From: Pseudomonadota bacterium
GTDB taxonomy: Bacteria > Pseudomonadota > Alphaproteobacteria > SHVP01
Assembly: GCA_027622715.1 (NCBI GenBank)
Contig: JAQBYN010000014.1
Location: 15,272 to 79,271 of the forward strand
Direction: 5' to 3'
Length of the DNA: 64,000 nt
The notes beneath the pieces are model-generated. The model saw only the letters and a list, made by a program, of their open reading frames with translations. It did no database searches and was not told where the DNA came from. Both the position numbers and the translations under genes were made by a program. Shown in pieces: positions 30,976 through 41,044 of this stretch. How positions within the stretch are numbered: position 1 is the first letter of the stretch; every line of letters starts with the position of its first letter.

Positions 30976-32093
30976 GATGATGACCGCTCCTCGTTTGCTG
31001 CAATCGGGAGCCGTAGGCGAAACACGGTGCGGCCTGGCTCTGACTCGCATTCGATGAGCCCGCTATGGTCCCCGATGATCTTGGCGACCAGCGATAGGCC
31101 AAGCCCCGTGCCGGAACGCTTGGTCGTGACAAACGGGTCAAACATGTGCCGTCGAATATCGTCCGATATGCCCGGGCCATTGTCCTGGATGGCAACCTCC
31201 AGCGGCAGATGCACCTGCTCTTGCGTGCCCGGCACCGCCAGACGCAAGCCGTGCCTGTAGGCAGTCGACAGCTGAATCTCGCAAGGCAAACCGCTACAGG
31301 CCTCGACCGCGTTTTTGATCAGGTTGAGGACGACCTGGACCAGTTGGTCGCGATTGCCCAATAACGGCGGCAACGATGGGTCGTAGCGTTCTTCGAAAGC
31401 GGTGTCGGCGGCAAAGCCCGCCTGGGCCACCCGGCGCGCATGATCCAGCACGAGATGGACATTGACGGGCTGACGCTCCAGCGGCCGCGGATCGGAAAAG
31501 CCCTCCATGCTGTCGATGAGGCTGCAAATACGGTCGGTCTCGTCGCGGATCAGGCTCGTCAATTCGCGGTCTTCGGTGCTCGCGTTCATTTCGAGCAACT
31601 GCGCCGCGCCGCGAATACCGGCCAACGGGTTCTTGACCTCGTGGGCCAGCACCGCCGCCATTCCAGTAACGGATCGCGCGACATCGCGGTGGCTCAACTG
31701 ATGTCCCATGCGTGACGCCATCGTCAGTTCGCGGATCGTCAGCAACAAACTTCCCGGCGCATCGGGTAACGGCGTCAGCTGAAAGCTGACGTCGCGGCGG
31801 CCCATCCGTGGTGTGTAAAGTTCGGCATCGTGCTCGGCGACGCTGCTACCACTCGCCCGCGCCTTTTTCATGAGCCCCAGCAAGGTCCCATCGCGCGGGG
31901 CAACAGCGGTGATGCCTTGGCCGACCAGAACGCCGGCGCTGGCGCCAAAGAACTGTTCTGCGGCCGGGTTGATGTACTCGATGGATTCGCTGGGGCCGAC
32001 AACCAACAGCGGATCGGGTACCGCTGCCAGGATCGCGAAGGCGTCGACGATCCCGGGTTCGTCAAGGGCAGCCGACCGGCGGTCGTGAATCAC
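30972..32093 (-). CDS. ntrB: Nitrogen regulation sensor kinase NtrB (NR(II))
   Basis: PAS region then H-box [20 protein letters not shown] box [11 protein letters not shown] boxes [21 protein letters not shown] 30972..32591 is trimmed to the GTG ([19 protein letters not shown]...) that overlaps the dusB stop, because the upstream extension overlaps dusB. Confidence 0.85.
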   Translation of the reverse strand: MIHDRRSAALDEPGIVDAFAILAAVPDPLLVVGPSESIEYINPAAEQFFGASAGVLVGQGITAVAPRDGTLLGLMKKARASGSSVAEHDAELYTPRMGRRDVSFQLTPLPDAPGSLLLTIRELTMASRMGHQLSHRDVARSVTGMAAVLAHEVKNPLAGIRGAAQLLEMNASTEDRELTSLIRDETDRICSLIDSMEGFSDPRPLERQPVNVHLVLDHARRVAQAGFAADTAFEERYDPSLPPLLGNRDQLVQVVLNLIKNAVEACSGLPCEIQLSTAYRHGLRLAVPGTQEQVHLPLEVAIQDNGPGISDDIRRHMFDPFVTTKRSGTGLGLSLVAKIIGDHSGLIECESEPGRTVFRLRLPIAANEERSSS

Positions 32094-33076
32094 GCCGCCG
32101 CCGCGAGCTCGACCCGCGGTGCAAGCGCGCGAAGCAGGCGGATCACGGCGTTTGGATCGTCTTCTCGGTTGATCGCATCCAAAGTCGCCTTCGATCCTGG
32201 CAAATCCCGCAGATACCAAACCAAGTGTTTGCGCGCGGTTCGTACCGCCAGCGCGCGCCCTTGCTGGGTCAGCATCGCGTCGTAATGCTGTTCGATCAGG
32301 TGCAGGCGGGCCGTAGGCGTCGGCGCATCGGTCCGGACGCCGTCGCTTAAATAGGTGGCGGCATGGGCGGGAAACCACGGCCGCCCATACGCGCCGCGCC
32401 CGATCATGATGCCGTCGGCGCCGGACTCGGCCAAACAGACGTCGATGTCGTCGTAGGTCGTGATATCGCCGTTGGCGATGACCGGTAGCCGCACCGCCTC
32501 TTTGACAGTGCGAATGAACCGCCAGTCCGCGCGCCCCGAATAGAACTGAGCGCGGGTGCGGCCGTGCACGGTGATCATGCGCACGCCGCACGCTTCGGCG
32601 ATCCGGGCCAACTCAGGGGCGTTGCGGCTGTCGTCGTCCCAACCGGTGCGCATCTTGAGCGTCACCGGGATTGAGACCGCGTTGACTGTCGCCTCGATAA
32701 TCCGGCGCGCCAAGGGCAGTTCCCTCATCAACGCCGAGCCGCAAAGGCTACCGACAACCTTTTTCGCCGGGCACCCCATGTTGATATCAATGATGTCGGC
32801 GCCGCACCCGGCGTTGATCCGCGCCGCTTCGGCCATTATTTCGGGGTCGCGGCCGGCGAGCTGAACGGCATGAAGCCCGGTTGCGGTGTCGCGTTCCGCC
32901 ATCCGCCACGAACGCGGCGAGGCACCGACCAATTCGCGGCTGGCGATCATCTCGGAAAAGGTCAGGCCGCCGCCTAATTGCCGTACCAGCCGCCGGAACG
33001 GCGCATCGGTGATGCCCGACATCGGGGCGAGCAAAACGGGAGAGTTGAGGTCGAGAGGACCCACTGAAATGGTCAT
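32090..33076 (-). CDS. dusB: tRNA-dihydrouridine synthase B (NifR3)
   Basis: [28 protein letters not shown] and later motifs of the Dus family. Classic nifR3-ntrBC arrangement. Confidence 0.9.
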   Translation of the reverse strand: MTISVGPLDLNSPVLLAPMSGITDAPFRRLVRQLGGGLTFSEMIASRELVGASPRSWRMAERDTATGLHAVQLAGRDPEIMAEAARINAGCGADIIDINMGCPAKKVVGSLCGSALMRELPLARRIIEATVNAVSIPVTLKMRTGWDDDSRNAPELARIAEACGVRMITVHGRTRAQFYSGRADWRFIRTVKEAVRLPVIANGDITTYDDIDVCLAESGADGIMIGRGAYGRPWFPAHAATYLSDGVRTDAPTPTARLHLIEQHYDAMLTQQGRALAVRTARKHLVWYLRDLPGSKATLDAINREDDPNAVIRLLRALAPRVELAAAA

Positions 33077-33193
33077 TACTTGTGCAGCGATGGTTGTTGC
33101 CTAATCGTTGAGCAAGATAGGCCGCAGGGCCGGGTCCCGCAATGCCGCCGCCGAAGCTTGGCGCGGGACGAACGCGGCGCTAGGTTGCCGCCG

Positions 33194-34351
33194 GTGACAA
33201 CAGTGGCGCTCATAGTCGCGGCCGGCCGCGGCGCGCGGTTCGGCGGCGGAATTCCCAAACAATATGTGCCGCTCGGGGCGCAGCCGCTTCTTCGCCATAG
33301 CGTTGCCCGCCTCACCAACCACCCCGCGATCGGCGCGGTCAGCGTGGTGATCGATCCCGAGGACGCCGCGTTGTACCGCGACGCTGTCGACGGGCTTGCG
33401 GTCATGGCGCCGATCGAAGGCGGCGCAAGCCGACAGGAATCTGTGCGCCGAGGTCTGGAGAGCCTGTCGCGTGAAAGGCCGGACACGGTGCTGATCCACG
33501 ACGGCGCCCGCCCCTTCCCCGACAACGCGCTCGTAGGCCGGATCATCGCCGCGCTCGCCGACCATGTGGGCGCGATCGCGGCGCTACCCATTGTCGATAC
33601 ACTCAAGCGCGCCAGCGAAAACGGGCTCGTCGGCGCGACCGTCAATCGGACCGGTTTGTGGCGCGCGCAGACCCCGCAGGGGTTTCATTTCGAGGCGATT
33701 CTCGCCGCCCACCGTGCCGCGATAACATCCGATGACTTGACCGACGACGCTGCGGTCGCCGAACGTGCAGGACTCGACGTGACGTTAGTCCAAGGCGCGG
33801 AGGATAACCTCAAGGTGACGACCCCCGACGATTTGATCCGGGCAGAAAACATCTTGGCGCGCGCCCAAGGCGACGTCCGCGTTGGCAGCGGCTTCGACGT
33901 CCATCGCTTCGGACCCGGCAACGCAGTGACACTGTGCGGCATTGTCGTGCCCCATGACCACGCGCTGACGGGCCATTCGGATGCCGACGTTGCGCTCCAC
34001 GCCTTGACCGACGCTATTCTAGGGGCGCTCGCCGACGGCGACATCGGCCGTCATTTCCCGCCCAGCGACGCGCGGTGGCGCGGCGCGGCCTCAGAGATCT
34101 TTGTCCGGCATGCAGTGGGCCGGGTGACGGACCGTGGCGGGACCATCGCTCATGCCGATATCACCATCATTTGCGAAGCGCCGAAGATCGCGCCACATAG
34201 CGACGCCATGCGCGCCCGCGTCGCGGCGATGCTCGGGCTCGACGCCGGCCGCGTGAGCGTCAAGGCCACGACGACCGAAGGACTAGGGTTTGCCGGCCGG
34301 GGCGAAGGGATTGCCGCACAGGCAACGGTCACATTGCGGGTGCCCGACTAA
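33194..34351 (+). CDS. ispDF: Bifunctional IspD/IspF (MEP cytidylyltransferase / MEcPP synthase)
   Basis: N-terminal [18 protein letters not shown] (IspD) and C-terminal [12 protein letters not shown]...[19 protein letters not shown] (IspF). GTG start chosen at 33194; the upstream part of ORF 33080.. overlaps dusB. Confidence 0.9.
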   Translation: MTTVALIVAAGRGARFGGGIPKQYVPLGAQPLLRHSVARLTNHPAIGAVSVVIDPEDAALYRDAVDGLAVMAPIEGGASRQESVRRGLESLSRERPDTVLIHDGARPFPDNALVGRIIAALADHVGAIAALPIVDTLKRASENGLVGATVNRTGLWRAQTPQGFHFEAILAAHRAAITSDDLTDDAAVAERAGLDVTLVQGAEDNLKVTTPDDLIRAENILARAQGDVRVGSGFDVHRFGPGNAVTLCGIVVPHDHALTGHSDADVALHALTDAILGALADGDIGRHFPPSDARWRGAASEIFVRHAVGRVTDRGGTIAHADITIICEAPKIAPHSDAMRARVAAMLGLDAGRVSVKATTTEGLGFAGRGEGIAAQATVTLRVPD

Positions 34352-34848
34352 TGTCTAACGCACCCACGCCCCTGCCCTTCCTCCACCCCGCGTCCCTCGT
34401 TGCGACGGTCTTCGGCGCCGGCCTGTCGCCGGTGGCGCCCGGCACCGTCGGATCGCTGGTGGCGCTTCCATTTGCTTGGTTGATTTATTGGGCCGCGGGT
34501 CCCGCCGCGTTGCTGGCGGCGACGCTCATCGTGTTCTTCATCGGTTGGTGGGCATCTTCGGTCTACGTCAACAAAGCCGGGATCGCCGATCCCGGCGCGG
34601 TGGTCATTGACGAGGTCGCCGGCCAATGGCTTGTGCTCGCTGTCGCGCCCTTAGATATCTGGTATTTCGCCACAGGCTTCGTGCTGTTTCGGCTATTCGA
34701 CATCGCCAAGCCTTGGCCGGTCAGCTGGGCGGACCGGCGGATCAAGGGCGGCTTCGGGGTCATGTTCGACGATATTCTCGCAGCGATATACGGCGGCGCG
34801 GTGCTTCTCGCCTTGGTCTGGCTTGTCGAGGGCAGCAATGTTCTCTGA
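34351..34848 (+). CDS. pgpA: Phosphatidylglycerophosphatase A
   Basis: GAGLSPVAPGTVGSLVALPF...FDIAKPWPVSWAD are PgpA family motifs. TAATG overlap with ispDF. Confidence 0.8.
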   Translation: MSNAPTPLPFLHPASLVATVFGAGLSPVAPGTVGSLVALPFAWLIYWAAGPAALLAATLIVFFIGWWASSVYVNKAGIADPGAVVIDEVAGQWLVLAVAPLDIWYFATGFVLFRLFDIAKPWPVSWADRRIKGGFGVMFDDILAAIYGGAVLLALVWLVEGSNVL

Positions 34849-35350
34849 TGAACTGCAGGCCCTTGCCGGCAAAGTTGTCCAAACGTGCAAGGCGCGCGGC
34901 GTGATGGTCGTGACCGCGGAGTCCTGCACGGGTGGCCTGATCGCTGGTTGCTTGACCGAGGTCGCGGGCGCGTCGGCTGTCGTTGATCGCGGATTCGTCA
35001 CCTACCACAACGACGCAAAGCGCGACGTCCTTGGCGTCGACCAAGCCCTCCTGGACACGGTCGGCGCGGTTAGCGAGGACGTTGCACGGGCAATGGCTGA
35101 AGGCGCGCTCGGCGCATCGCGCGCCGACATCGCGGTGTCTTGCACCGGGATCGCCGGTCCAGGTGGGGCGACTCCGGGTAAGCCCGTCGGCCTTGTTCAC
35201 ATGGCGCTCGCCCGGCGCGGCGCGCCAACACAGCATCACCGAATGGCATATGGTGACATCGGTAGAGATTTAGTGCGCCTCAACACGGTGCGCGATGCGT
35301 TGCGGATGATTCTGGACAATACCGGCGACACCGAAGGGAATGCGGCATGA
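34823..35350 (+). CDS. CinA C-terminal-domain protein (nicotinamide-nucleotide amidohydrolase PncC-like); alternative ATG at 34838
   Basis: VVTAESCTGGLIAGCLTEVAGASAVVDRGFVTY..GP.GATPGKPVGLVHMA are CinA/PncC motifs. 26-bp overlap with pgpA if the 34823 start is used. Confidence 0.75.
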   Translation: MSRAAMFSDELQALAGKVVQTCKARGVMVVTAESCTGGLIAGCLTEVAGASAVVDRGFVTYHNDAKRDVLGVDQALLDTVGAVSEDVARAMAEGALGASRADIAVSCTGIAGPGGATPGKPVGLVHMALARRGAPTQHHRMAYGDIGRDLVRLNTVRDALRMILDNTGDTEGNAA

Positions 35351-36348
35351 CGGGTAAAATGCAGGCGGTCTTGATCGACGCCCCAGGTGGTCCTGAGGGG
35401 CTCGGTGTCGCTGAGGCACCAATTCCCGAACCGGGGCCAGGCGAAATACGCCTTAAGGTTGCCTATAGCAGCATGAACCCGATGGACGTCTTCGCCCGCC
35501 AGGGCACAGTGAGCTGGCTGCCGATCAAGTGGCCGTTTATTCCCGGCATCGAACACGCTGGGGTGGTCGATAAGGTCGGTGACGGCGTCGACGCCGGGAT
35601 GATCGGCAAGCGCTATCACTCTCGCAATATGTTCGGCGGCAACGCTGAATATTCGATCTCGCCGTTATCCAACGCCCATCCAATGCCGGACGGTTTGGAT
35701 TGGAAGACCGGCACCTGCTACGGCGGGATGACGTATACGTCGTATCACGCCCTCCACACCGCGGCGCGCATACGCCCCACCGATTGGTGCCTGTTCCATT
35801 CGGCGGCCGGCCCGATCGGCATCATGCTGACCCAAATCGCCAAAGATGCCGGCGCCAAGGTTATTGGCCTGTGCAGTGGCGGCAAGATTGACTACGCCCG
35901 CCAATACGGGGCCGACTACCTAATCGACTACACCACCGGTGATTGGGTCACTGAGGTAAAGAAGATCACCGATGGTCAAGGCGCCGACATCATTGTTGAC
36001 GGCAACCAGGGTCCAGACGCGCCCAAAAACTACGAGGTCATCGCGCCCGGCGGGCATTGCATTTACGTCGGTGCCACGGCGGGCAGTCCGGCACCGGAAA
36101 TCCCTGTATCGACCTTGATCTTCAAGTCGGCCTTTGTCGGCGGCTTTAACCTGCCCCTGCTCGAAACCCGCGGCGCACGTGATAACGCCGACGTTCTGCG
36201 CAAGGTGATCGATGGCACTTGGAAAGTGCCGATCAGCGAAGAGGTCACATTGGACGACGTACCCGACCTGCACCGGCGCTTTGCCGCACGTCAGGTCAAA
36301 GGCCGCGCTGTAATCCGCGTCGGCGGCGAACTCAACTGGTCCAAATAG
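35347..36348 (+). CDS. Zinc-independent MDR-family quinone oxidoreductase / NADPH:quinone reductase-like
   Basis: MQAVLIDAPGGPEGL...EIRLKVAYSSMNPMD... and nucleotide-binding AAGPIGIMLTQIAKDAGAKVIG. ATGA overlap with the upstream gene. Confidence 0.8.
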   Translation: MTGKMQAVLIDAPGGPEGLGVAEAPIPEPGPGEIRLKVAYSSMNPMDVFARQGTVSWLPIKWPFIPGIEHAGVVDKVGDGVDAGMIGKRYHSRNMFGGNAEYSISPLSNAHPMPDGLDWKTGTCYGGMTYTSYHALHTAARIRPTDWCLFHSAAGPIGIMLTQIAKDAGAKVIGLCSGGKIDYARQYGADYLIDYTTGDWVTEVKKITDGQGADIIVDGNQGPDAPKNYEVIAPGGHCIYVGATAGSPAPEIPVSTLIFKSAFVGGFNLPLLETRGARDNADVLRKVIDGTWKVPISEEVTLDDVPDLHRRFAARQVKGRAVIRVGGELNWSK

Positions 36349-36426
36349 CCCCGGTCTGCCCGACCGGCGGTCAGGGCGCGCACGCCTGCGCGCGCCCGGC
36401 GCGTATTCGTCTACCGTTGTGATCCC

Positions 36427-37644
36427 GTGACCGACGCCCCGCGCATCCCCCTGCCCTTCAAGATCGCCCTGGTTGCCAACACGGCGATTGGACCCGCGGC
36501 GACCCAGCTCTTCGTGCCCTCGGTACCCGCCATTGCGGTCGAGTTCGGCGTCGCCATTGGCGTGGCGCAAATCTCGTTCTCGGCGTCGATGGTTGCGCTG
36601 GCGATTTCGACGTTGTTCTACGGCCCACTGTCGGACCGCTACGGTCGGCTGCCGATGTTGTATGTCGGTCTGGCGCTGTTCTTGATCGGCACGACGGTTT
36701 CGCTGTTTTCCACTGACATCACCATGTTGATCGCCGGACGGATCGTCCAGGCGATGGGCGGCGCAGCCGGCATGGTCATTACGCGGGCGATCGTCCGCGA
36801 CATCTATGGTCCAGTTGCTGCCGCGCGCGTCCTGGGCACGCTCATCGTTGCCACAATTGGCGCGCCGATGCTCTCGATCGTGCTCGGCGGGTTGATCACC
36901 GACCTGTTCGGCTGGCGGTGGATATTCGGCGTCTCGCTGGGGCTTGGACTGGGCGTGGCCGCTCTGGCTTGGGCCACGATGCGCGGTGCCGAAACAAAAC
37001 GCGCAACGGTCAGCAGCCTCGCCGACATGGTGCGCGGTTACGGTCGCCTATTTCGCTCCCCGATCTTTGTCGGCTTCATCTTGCAAGGCGGTTTTGGCGC
37101 CGGGTCGTTTTTTGCCTTCATGGCGGTCGGACCCTTTTTGATGGTCGAAGTCCTCCACCGCCCGGCCACCGAATTTGGCGCCTACTTCGCCATCGTTACC
37201 CTTGTGTTCATGAGCGGAAATTTTGTTGGCGGCCGTCTGTCGTCACGGGTTGGGTTGGAACGCATGGTCGTGATTGGCGGTATCGCCGCGTTGGCCTGTG
37301 CCGTGTTAGGCGTTGGCGCCTTCGCGGTCTTTGGCCTTGGCGTCGCTGTCATGTTCGGCACCTCATTCTTCATCTCGTTCGGCAACGGCTTGGCCATGCC
37401 CAACAGCCAGGCTGGCGCGTTGAACGTGATCCCCGAACTTGCCGGCACTGCGTCAGGCGCCGCCGCCTTCGTCCAAACCATCTTCGGCGCAGCGTTCGCC
37501 CAAGTGGTCGCCATGATCATCGACCCATCCGGCACCGCCCTGTTCGCCGCGATGCTGTTCGCGATGGTGACAGCGCTGATATTCGGATCGATCCCGCTCT
37601 ATCTAAAATCCCGTGCTGCCAGCCTCGGCGACACTGCCGATTGA
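36427..37644 (+). CDS. MFS transporter (Bcr/CflA drug-resistance subfamily-like)
   Basis: 12 predicted TM segments. GPLSDRYGRLPML matches the MFS motif A (G-x-L-aD-r-x-G-r-kx-x-l). Confidence 0.8.
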   Translation: MTDAPRIPLPFKIALVANTAIGPAATQLFVPSVPAIAVEFGVAIGVAQISFSASMVALAISTLFYGPLSDRYGRLPMLYVGLALFLIGTTVSLFSTDITMLIAGRIVQAMGGAAGMVITRAIVRDIYGPVAAARVLGTLIVATIGAPMLSIVLGGLITDLFGWRWIFGVSLGLGLGVAALAWATMRGAETKRATVSSLADMVRGYGRLFRSPIFVGFILQGGFGAGSFFAFMAVGPFLMVEVLHRPATEFGAYFAIVTLVFMSGNFVGGRLSSRVGLERMVVIGGIAALACAVLGVGAFAVFGLGVAVMFGTSFFISFGNGLAMPNSQAGALNVIPELAGTASGAAAFVQTIFGAAFAQVVAMIIDPSGTALFAAMLFAMVTALIFGSIPLYLKSRAASLGDTAD

Positions 37645-37651
37645 GGAAATC

Positions 37652-38497
37652 ATGACCTACCTAGAAGCCCACTTCACGACGCCCGACGGTCTCAAACTCT
37701 ATTACCGCGATTACGCCAACGCAGCCGGCCATGTGCCGGTCCTCTGCCTGGCCGGCTCGACCTCGAATTCACGCAGCTTCGACGATCTCGCGCCGCATAT
37801 CGCACAGACCTGCCGCGTGCTGACCATGGATTGGCGCGGGCACGGCAATTCGGATTGGGATTCGGACGAAAATAACTACAGCTTCACGGCCGATGCCGAC
37901 GATGTCGTCGAATTCTTGGCCCACCTCGGCGTTCCCAAGGTTGTCATCATCGGCACCTCGCGCGGCGGCATCATTGGCATGGTGTTGGGCCTGTCCAACC
38001 CTGCGGTGCTGGCCGGTGTTGTGGTGAACGACATCGGCCCGGAGATTGGCGCCGCCGGATCGAAGCGCTTGCGCTCGCGTACCGTGCTCGATGCTGAATT
38101 CGCGACCTTCGAAGAGGCTGGCATCAATTGCCGCGCGCGCTACGACACGCCAACGCCGGGTCTCAGCGACGCCTATTGGACGGCCTACGCACGCCGCACC
38201 TGTCGTCGCCACGATGACGGCAAAGTGCGCCCCGACTATGACCCCGGCTACGGCCGCGCCTTCCGGGCCGGGCAGACCACCGGCTCGCTGTGGCCGGCAT
38301 TCGAGTCACTCGCGAATATCCCCGTCCTCGCCATTCGCGGCTCGGAGTCCGACATTCTTGAAGCCGCCGGTATGGCGGCAATGGCGCAGCGCAAGCCCGA
38401 CATGCTCACCGCCACGGTACCGGGCCGCAACCATTGCCCGTTCCTCGACGAACCCGAAAGCCTCACCGCCATCGAAGGTTTTCTCGCCACCATCTAG
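37652..38497 (+). CDS. Alpha/beta-hydrolase fold protein
   Basis: PVLCLAGSTSNSRSF, nucleophile elbow GTSRGG (GxSxG), catalytic His near the C-terminus (GRNHCPF). Start at internal Met MTYLEA. Confidence 0.75.
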   Translation: MTYLEAHFTTPDGLKLYYRDYANAAGHVPVLCLAGSTSNSRSFDDLAPHIAQTCRVLTMDWRGHGNSDWDSDENNYSFTADADDVVEFLAHLGVPKVVIIGTSRGGIIGMVLGLSNPAVLAGVVVNDIGPEIGAAGSKRLRSRTVLDAEFATFEEAGINCRARYDTPTPGLSDAYWTAYARRTCRRHDDGKVRPDYDPGYGRAFRAGQTTGSLWPAFESLANIPVLAIRGSESDILEAAGMAAMAQRKPDMLTATVPGRNHCPFLDEPESLTAIEGFLATI

Positions 38498-38561
38498 CGC
38501 GTCCGCGCCTTGACGCGCCCCGCCGCGCGGGCGACAAGACCCACCAACAGGGAGGCTCCAC

Positions 38562-39560
38562 ATGGCCAAGAAAATGCGCGCGATCGTCGTCGAGGCGCCG
38601 GGCGATCCATCCGTCCTGAAACTGCGCGAGATCGACGTGCCGGAACCGGCAAGCGGTCAGGTCCGCATCAAAGTCGCCTATTGCGCCCTCAACCCGCTCG
38701 ATACCCACAGCCGCGCCGCGCGCGTCAAATGGGGTGCGCCAACCATGCCCTACACCCCAGGTTATGAATACGCCGGGCTGGTCGATGCGGTTGCGGACGA
38801 CGTCGACGAGGAACTCATCGGCAAGCGCGTCGTCGCAGTCGGCCAATGGGGTGGCAACGCCGAATACGCAGTGGCTGAAAGCGCCCGCCTGATCTCGGTC
38901 CCCGATGCCTTCGATTGGAAGATTGCTGCGGTCTTCGCGACCTGCGCGCCAACCTCTTGGCACCTCGTACACTCCGCCGGCCGGGTCAAGAAAGGCGACG
39001 TCGTCGTCATTCATTCCGCCGCCGGTGCGGTGGGCGCCCTAACCACCCAGATTGCCAAAGATGCCGGTGCCATCGTGCACGGCCTCGTCGGTAGTGCCTC
39101 GCGCGCCGAATACGCCAAGCAGTTCGGCGCCGACATGCTGATCGATCGCGTTACCGACAACTGGGCCGACGTCGTCCTGCGATTGACCAACGACCGTGGC
39201 GCCAACGTCATTTTCGACGGCGTCGCCGGCCCCGATGCCAGCCTCAACTACCGCGCCGTCGCCCCGCTCGGTAACGTGATCTATCTGGGGCAAATGGCCG
39301 GTCCGCCGCCCGACGTGAATATCGGCCAACTCATCGGCAAGTCGTTCTCTGTGACCGGCTTCGTCCAGTATTTCCACCAAGCCGCCACGGGCCGTGCTGA
39401 AGAAAAAGAACTTTTCGCCAACCTCGCCAGCGGCAAATGGCGCATCCCGGTCGAACGCATCGAACCGCTGGAGAAAGCCGCGGAGCTGCACACGGCGTTT
39501 GAGGGCCGGCAGTTGATGGGTAGGACCTTGATCGAGGTCGGCGGCGAGCTTTTGGGCTAA
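38562..39560 (+). CDS. MDR-family quinone oxidoreductase (paralog of 35347..36348)
   Basis: MRAIVVEAPGDPSVLKL...QVRIKVAYCALNPLD...; AAGAVGALTTQIAKDAGAIVHG. Same architecture as the 35347 gene. Confidence 0.8.
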   Translation: MAKKMRAIVVEAPGDPSVLKLREIDVPEPASGQVRIKVAYCALNPLDTHSRAARVKWGAPTMPYTPGYEYAGLVDAVADDVDEELIGKRVVAVGQWGGNAEYAVAESARLISVPDAFDWKIAAVFATCAPTSWHLVHSAGRVKKGDVVVIHSAAGAVGALTTQIAKDAGAIVHGLVGSASRAEYAKQFGADMLIDRVTDNWADVVLRLTNDRGANVIFDGVAGPDASLNYRAVAPLGNVIYLGQMAGPPPDVNIGQLIGKSFSVTGFVQYFHQAATGRAEEKELFANLASGKWRIPVERIEPLEKAAELHTAFEGRQLMGRTLIEVGGELLG

Positions 39561-40033
39561 GCCGCACCCTTGCTTGCCGCCGCGCCCTCGGGCGCTTCGC
39601 CGCCGTAAATAGCATGTGCGCGTTTCTCGAACGCCCGCACCATGCGTTGTACGGCTTCGTTGAACACCGCGCCGATCAGGGTCTGCAACAGGCGTGAGCG
39701 AAACTCGAAATCGACATAGAAGTCGATCGTCGTGTGCGCCCCGTCCTCGTCTGGAATGAACCGCCAGTGGTTGTTCAAATATTTGAATGGCCCGTGGGCG
39801 TATTTCACGTCGATCCGCTCGGGTGCCGTCAGCGTCACTTCTGACGTGAACTTTTCGCGAAACATCTTAAAGCCGATCACCAGATCGGCATGGATCACGT
39901 TATCCTTGCGTGAATTGACCCGCGAGGCGACGCACCATGGCAGAAAATCTTGGTAGCGATCGACATCGGCAACCAGATCGAAGAGTTGCCGTTGCGTGAA
40001 AGGCAGGCGCTTTTGTTCGGCGTGAGTCGGCAC
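39557..40033 (-). CDS. SRPBCC-fold protein of the RatA/Coq10 (polyketide cyclase-like) family
   Basis: QLFDLVADVDRYQDFLPWC...W.F is the RatA/Coq10 START-domain pattern. Position next to lipA is conserved in alphaproteobacteria. Confidence 0.7.
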   Translation of the reverse strand: MPTHAEQKRLPFTQRQLFDLVADVDRYQDFLPWCVASRVNSRKDNVIHADLVIGFKMFREKFTSEVTLTAPERIDVKYAHGPFKYLNNHWRFIPDEDGAHTTIDFYVDFEFRSRLLQTLIGAVFNEAVQRMVRAFEKRAHAIYGGEAPEGAAASKGAA

Positions 40034-40036
40034 CCG

Positions 40037-41038
40037 TCAGCGCACCGTTTGCGCGTCGCGCGAAGCGCGCAGCTCAACATCGCGCGCCGCGCCTAGCTGG
40101 GTCTCGCGAAACGCCCGTAGTTTCGCGAAATCGTCGCCGGCGTGATAGGACGACCGCGTCATTGGCGATGACGCCACCATCAAAAACCCTTTGGCCCTTG
40201 CCATCCGCGCGTAGTCCTCGAATTCGGTGGGGTCAACGAACCGGTCCACGCCGATGTGCTTCACAGTTGGCTGGAGGTACTGGCCAATGGTAATGAAATC
40301 GACGTCCGCCGAGCGCAGGTCGTCCATTACTTGGGCGACTTCTTTCTCGGTCTCGCCCAGGCCCACCATGATTCCCGACTTGGTGAACAGCAACGGGTCG
40401 ATCTTCTTTACCGTGTCGAGTAGGCGCAGCGAGTGGAAATACCGCGCACCGGGTCGCACGTCGGGATAAAGTCGCGGCACCGTCTCAAGGTTGTGGTTAT
40501 AGACATCGGGTTTCGCGGCGACGATCGCTTCGAGCGCGCCGTCTTTGCGCAAAAAGTCCGGTGTCAGAATCTCGATGGTGGTCGCCGGCGTATGGGCGCG
40601 CAGCGCTTGGATTGTCTTGACGAATTGATCCGCGCCGCCGTCCGCCAAATCGTCACGGTCAACCGAGGTGACGACGATATGGTTCAGGCCGAGTTCCTTG
40701 GCGGCAATCGCCGTATGTTCCGGCTCGAACGGGTCGACCGGCCCGGGCATGCCTGTGGTCACATTACAAAACGCGCAAGCCCGGGTGCAGATCTCGCCCA
40801 AGATCATCACCGTCGCATGGCCGAGGGTCCAGCACTCGCCGATGTTGGGGCAGGCCGCCTCCTCGCACACCGTGTGCAGGTTGAGACGCCGCATCAACGC
40901 ACGGGTCTGATGGTATTCCGGCGACACCGGCGCCTTGGCGCGGATCCAAGCCGGCTTGCGCTTGATCGGGTTGTCGGGTTTGTGCGCTTTTTCCGGATGA
41001 CGCGGCCGCACCGCCGCGCCGTCGCTTACTACGGTCAT
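40037..41038 (-). CDS. lipA: Lipoyl synthase
   Basis: [13 protein letters not shown] (auxiliary cluster) and CTRACAFC (radical-SAM CxxxCxxC). Confidence 0.95.
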   Translation of the reverse strand: MTVVSDGAAVRPRHPEKAHKPDNPIKRKPAWIRAKAPVSPEYHQTRALMRRLNLHTVCEEAACPNIGECWTLGHATVMILGEICTRACAFCNVTTGMPGPVDPFEPEHTAIAAKELGLNHIVVTSVDRDDLADGGADQFVKTIQALRAHTPATTIEILTPDFLRKDGALEAIVAAKPDVYNHNLETVPRLYPDVRPGARYFHSLRLLDTVKKIDPLLFTKSGIMVGLGETEKEVAQVMDDLRSADVDFITIGQYLQPTVKHIGVDRFVDPTEFEDYARMARAKGFLMVASSPMTRSSYHAGDDFAKLRAFRETQLGAARDVELRASRDAQTVR

Positions 41039-41044
41039 ATGCTT

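Noticed and set aside
32094-32591. About 500-bp N-terminal extension of the ntrB ORF (and the similar extension of ispDF at 33080-33193)
   Set aside because: The extensions overlap dusB coding sequence and are low-complexity Arg-rich. GTG starts overlapping the upstream stop give proteins of the expected length.
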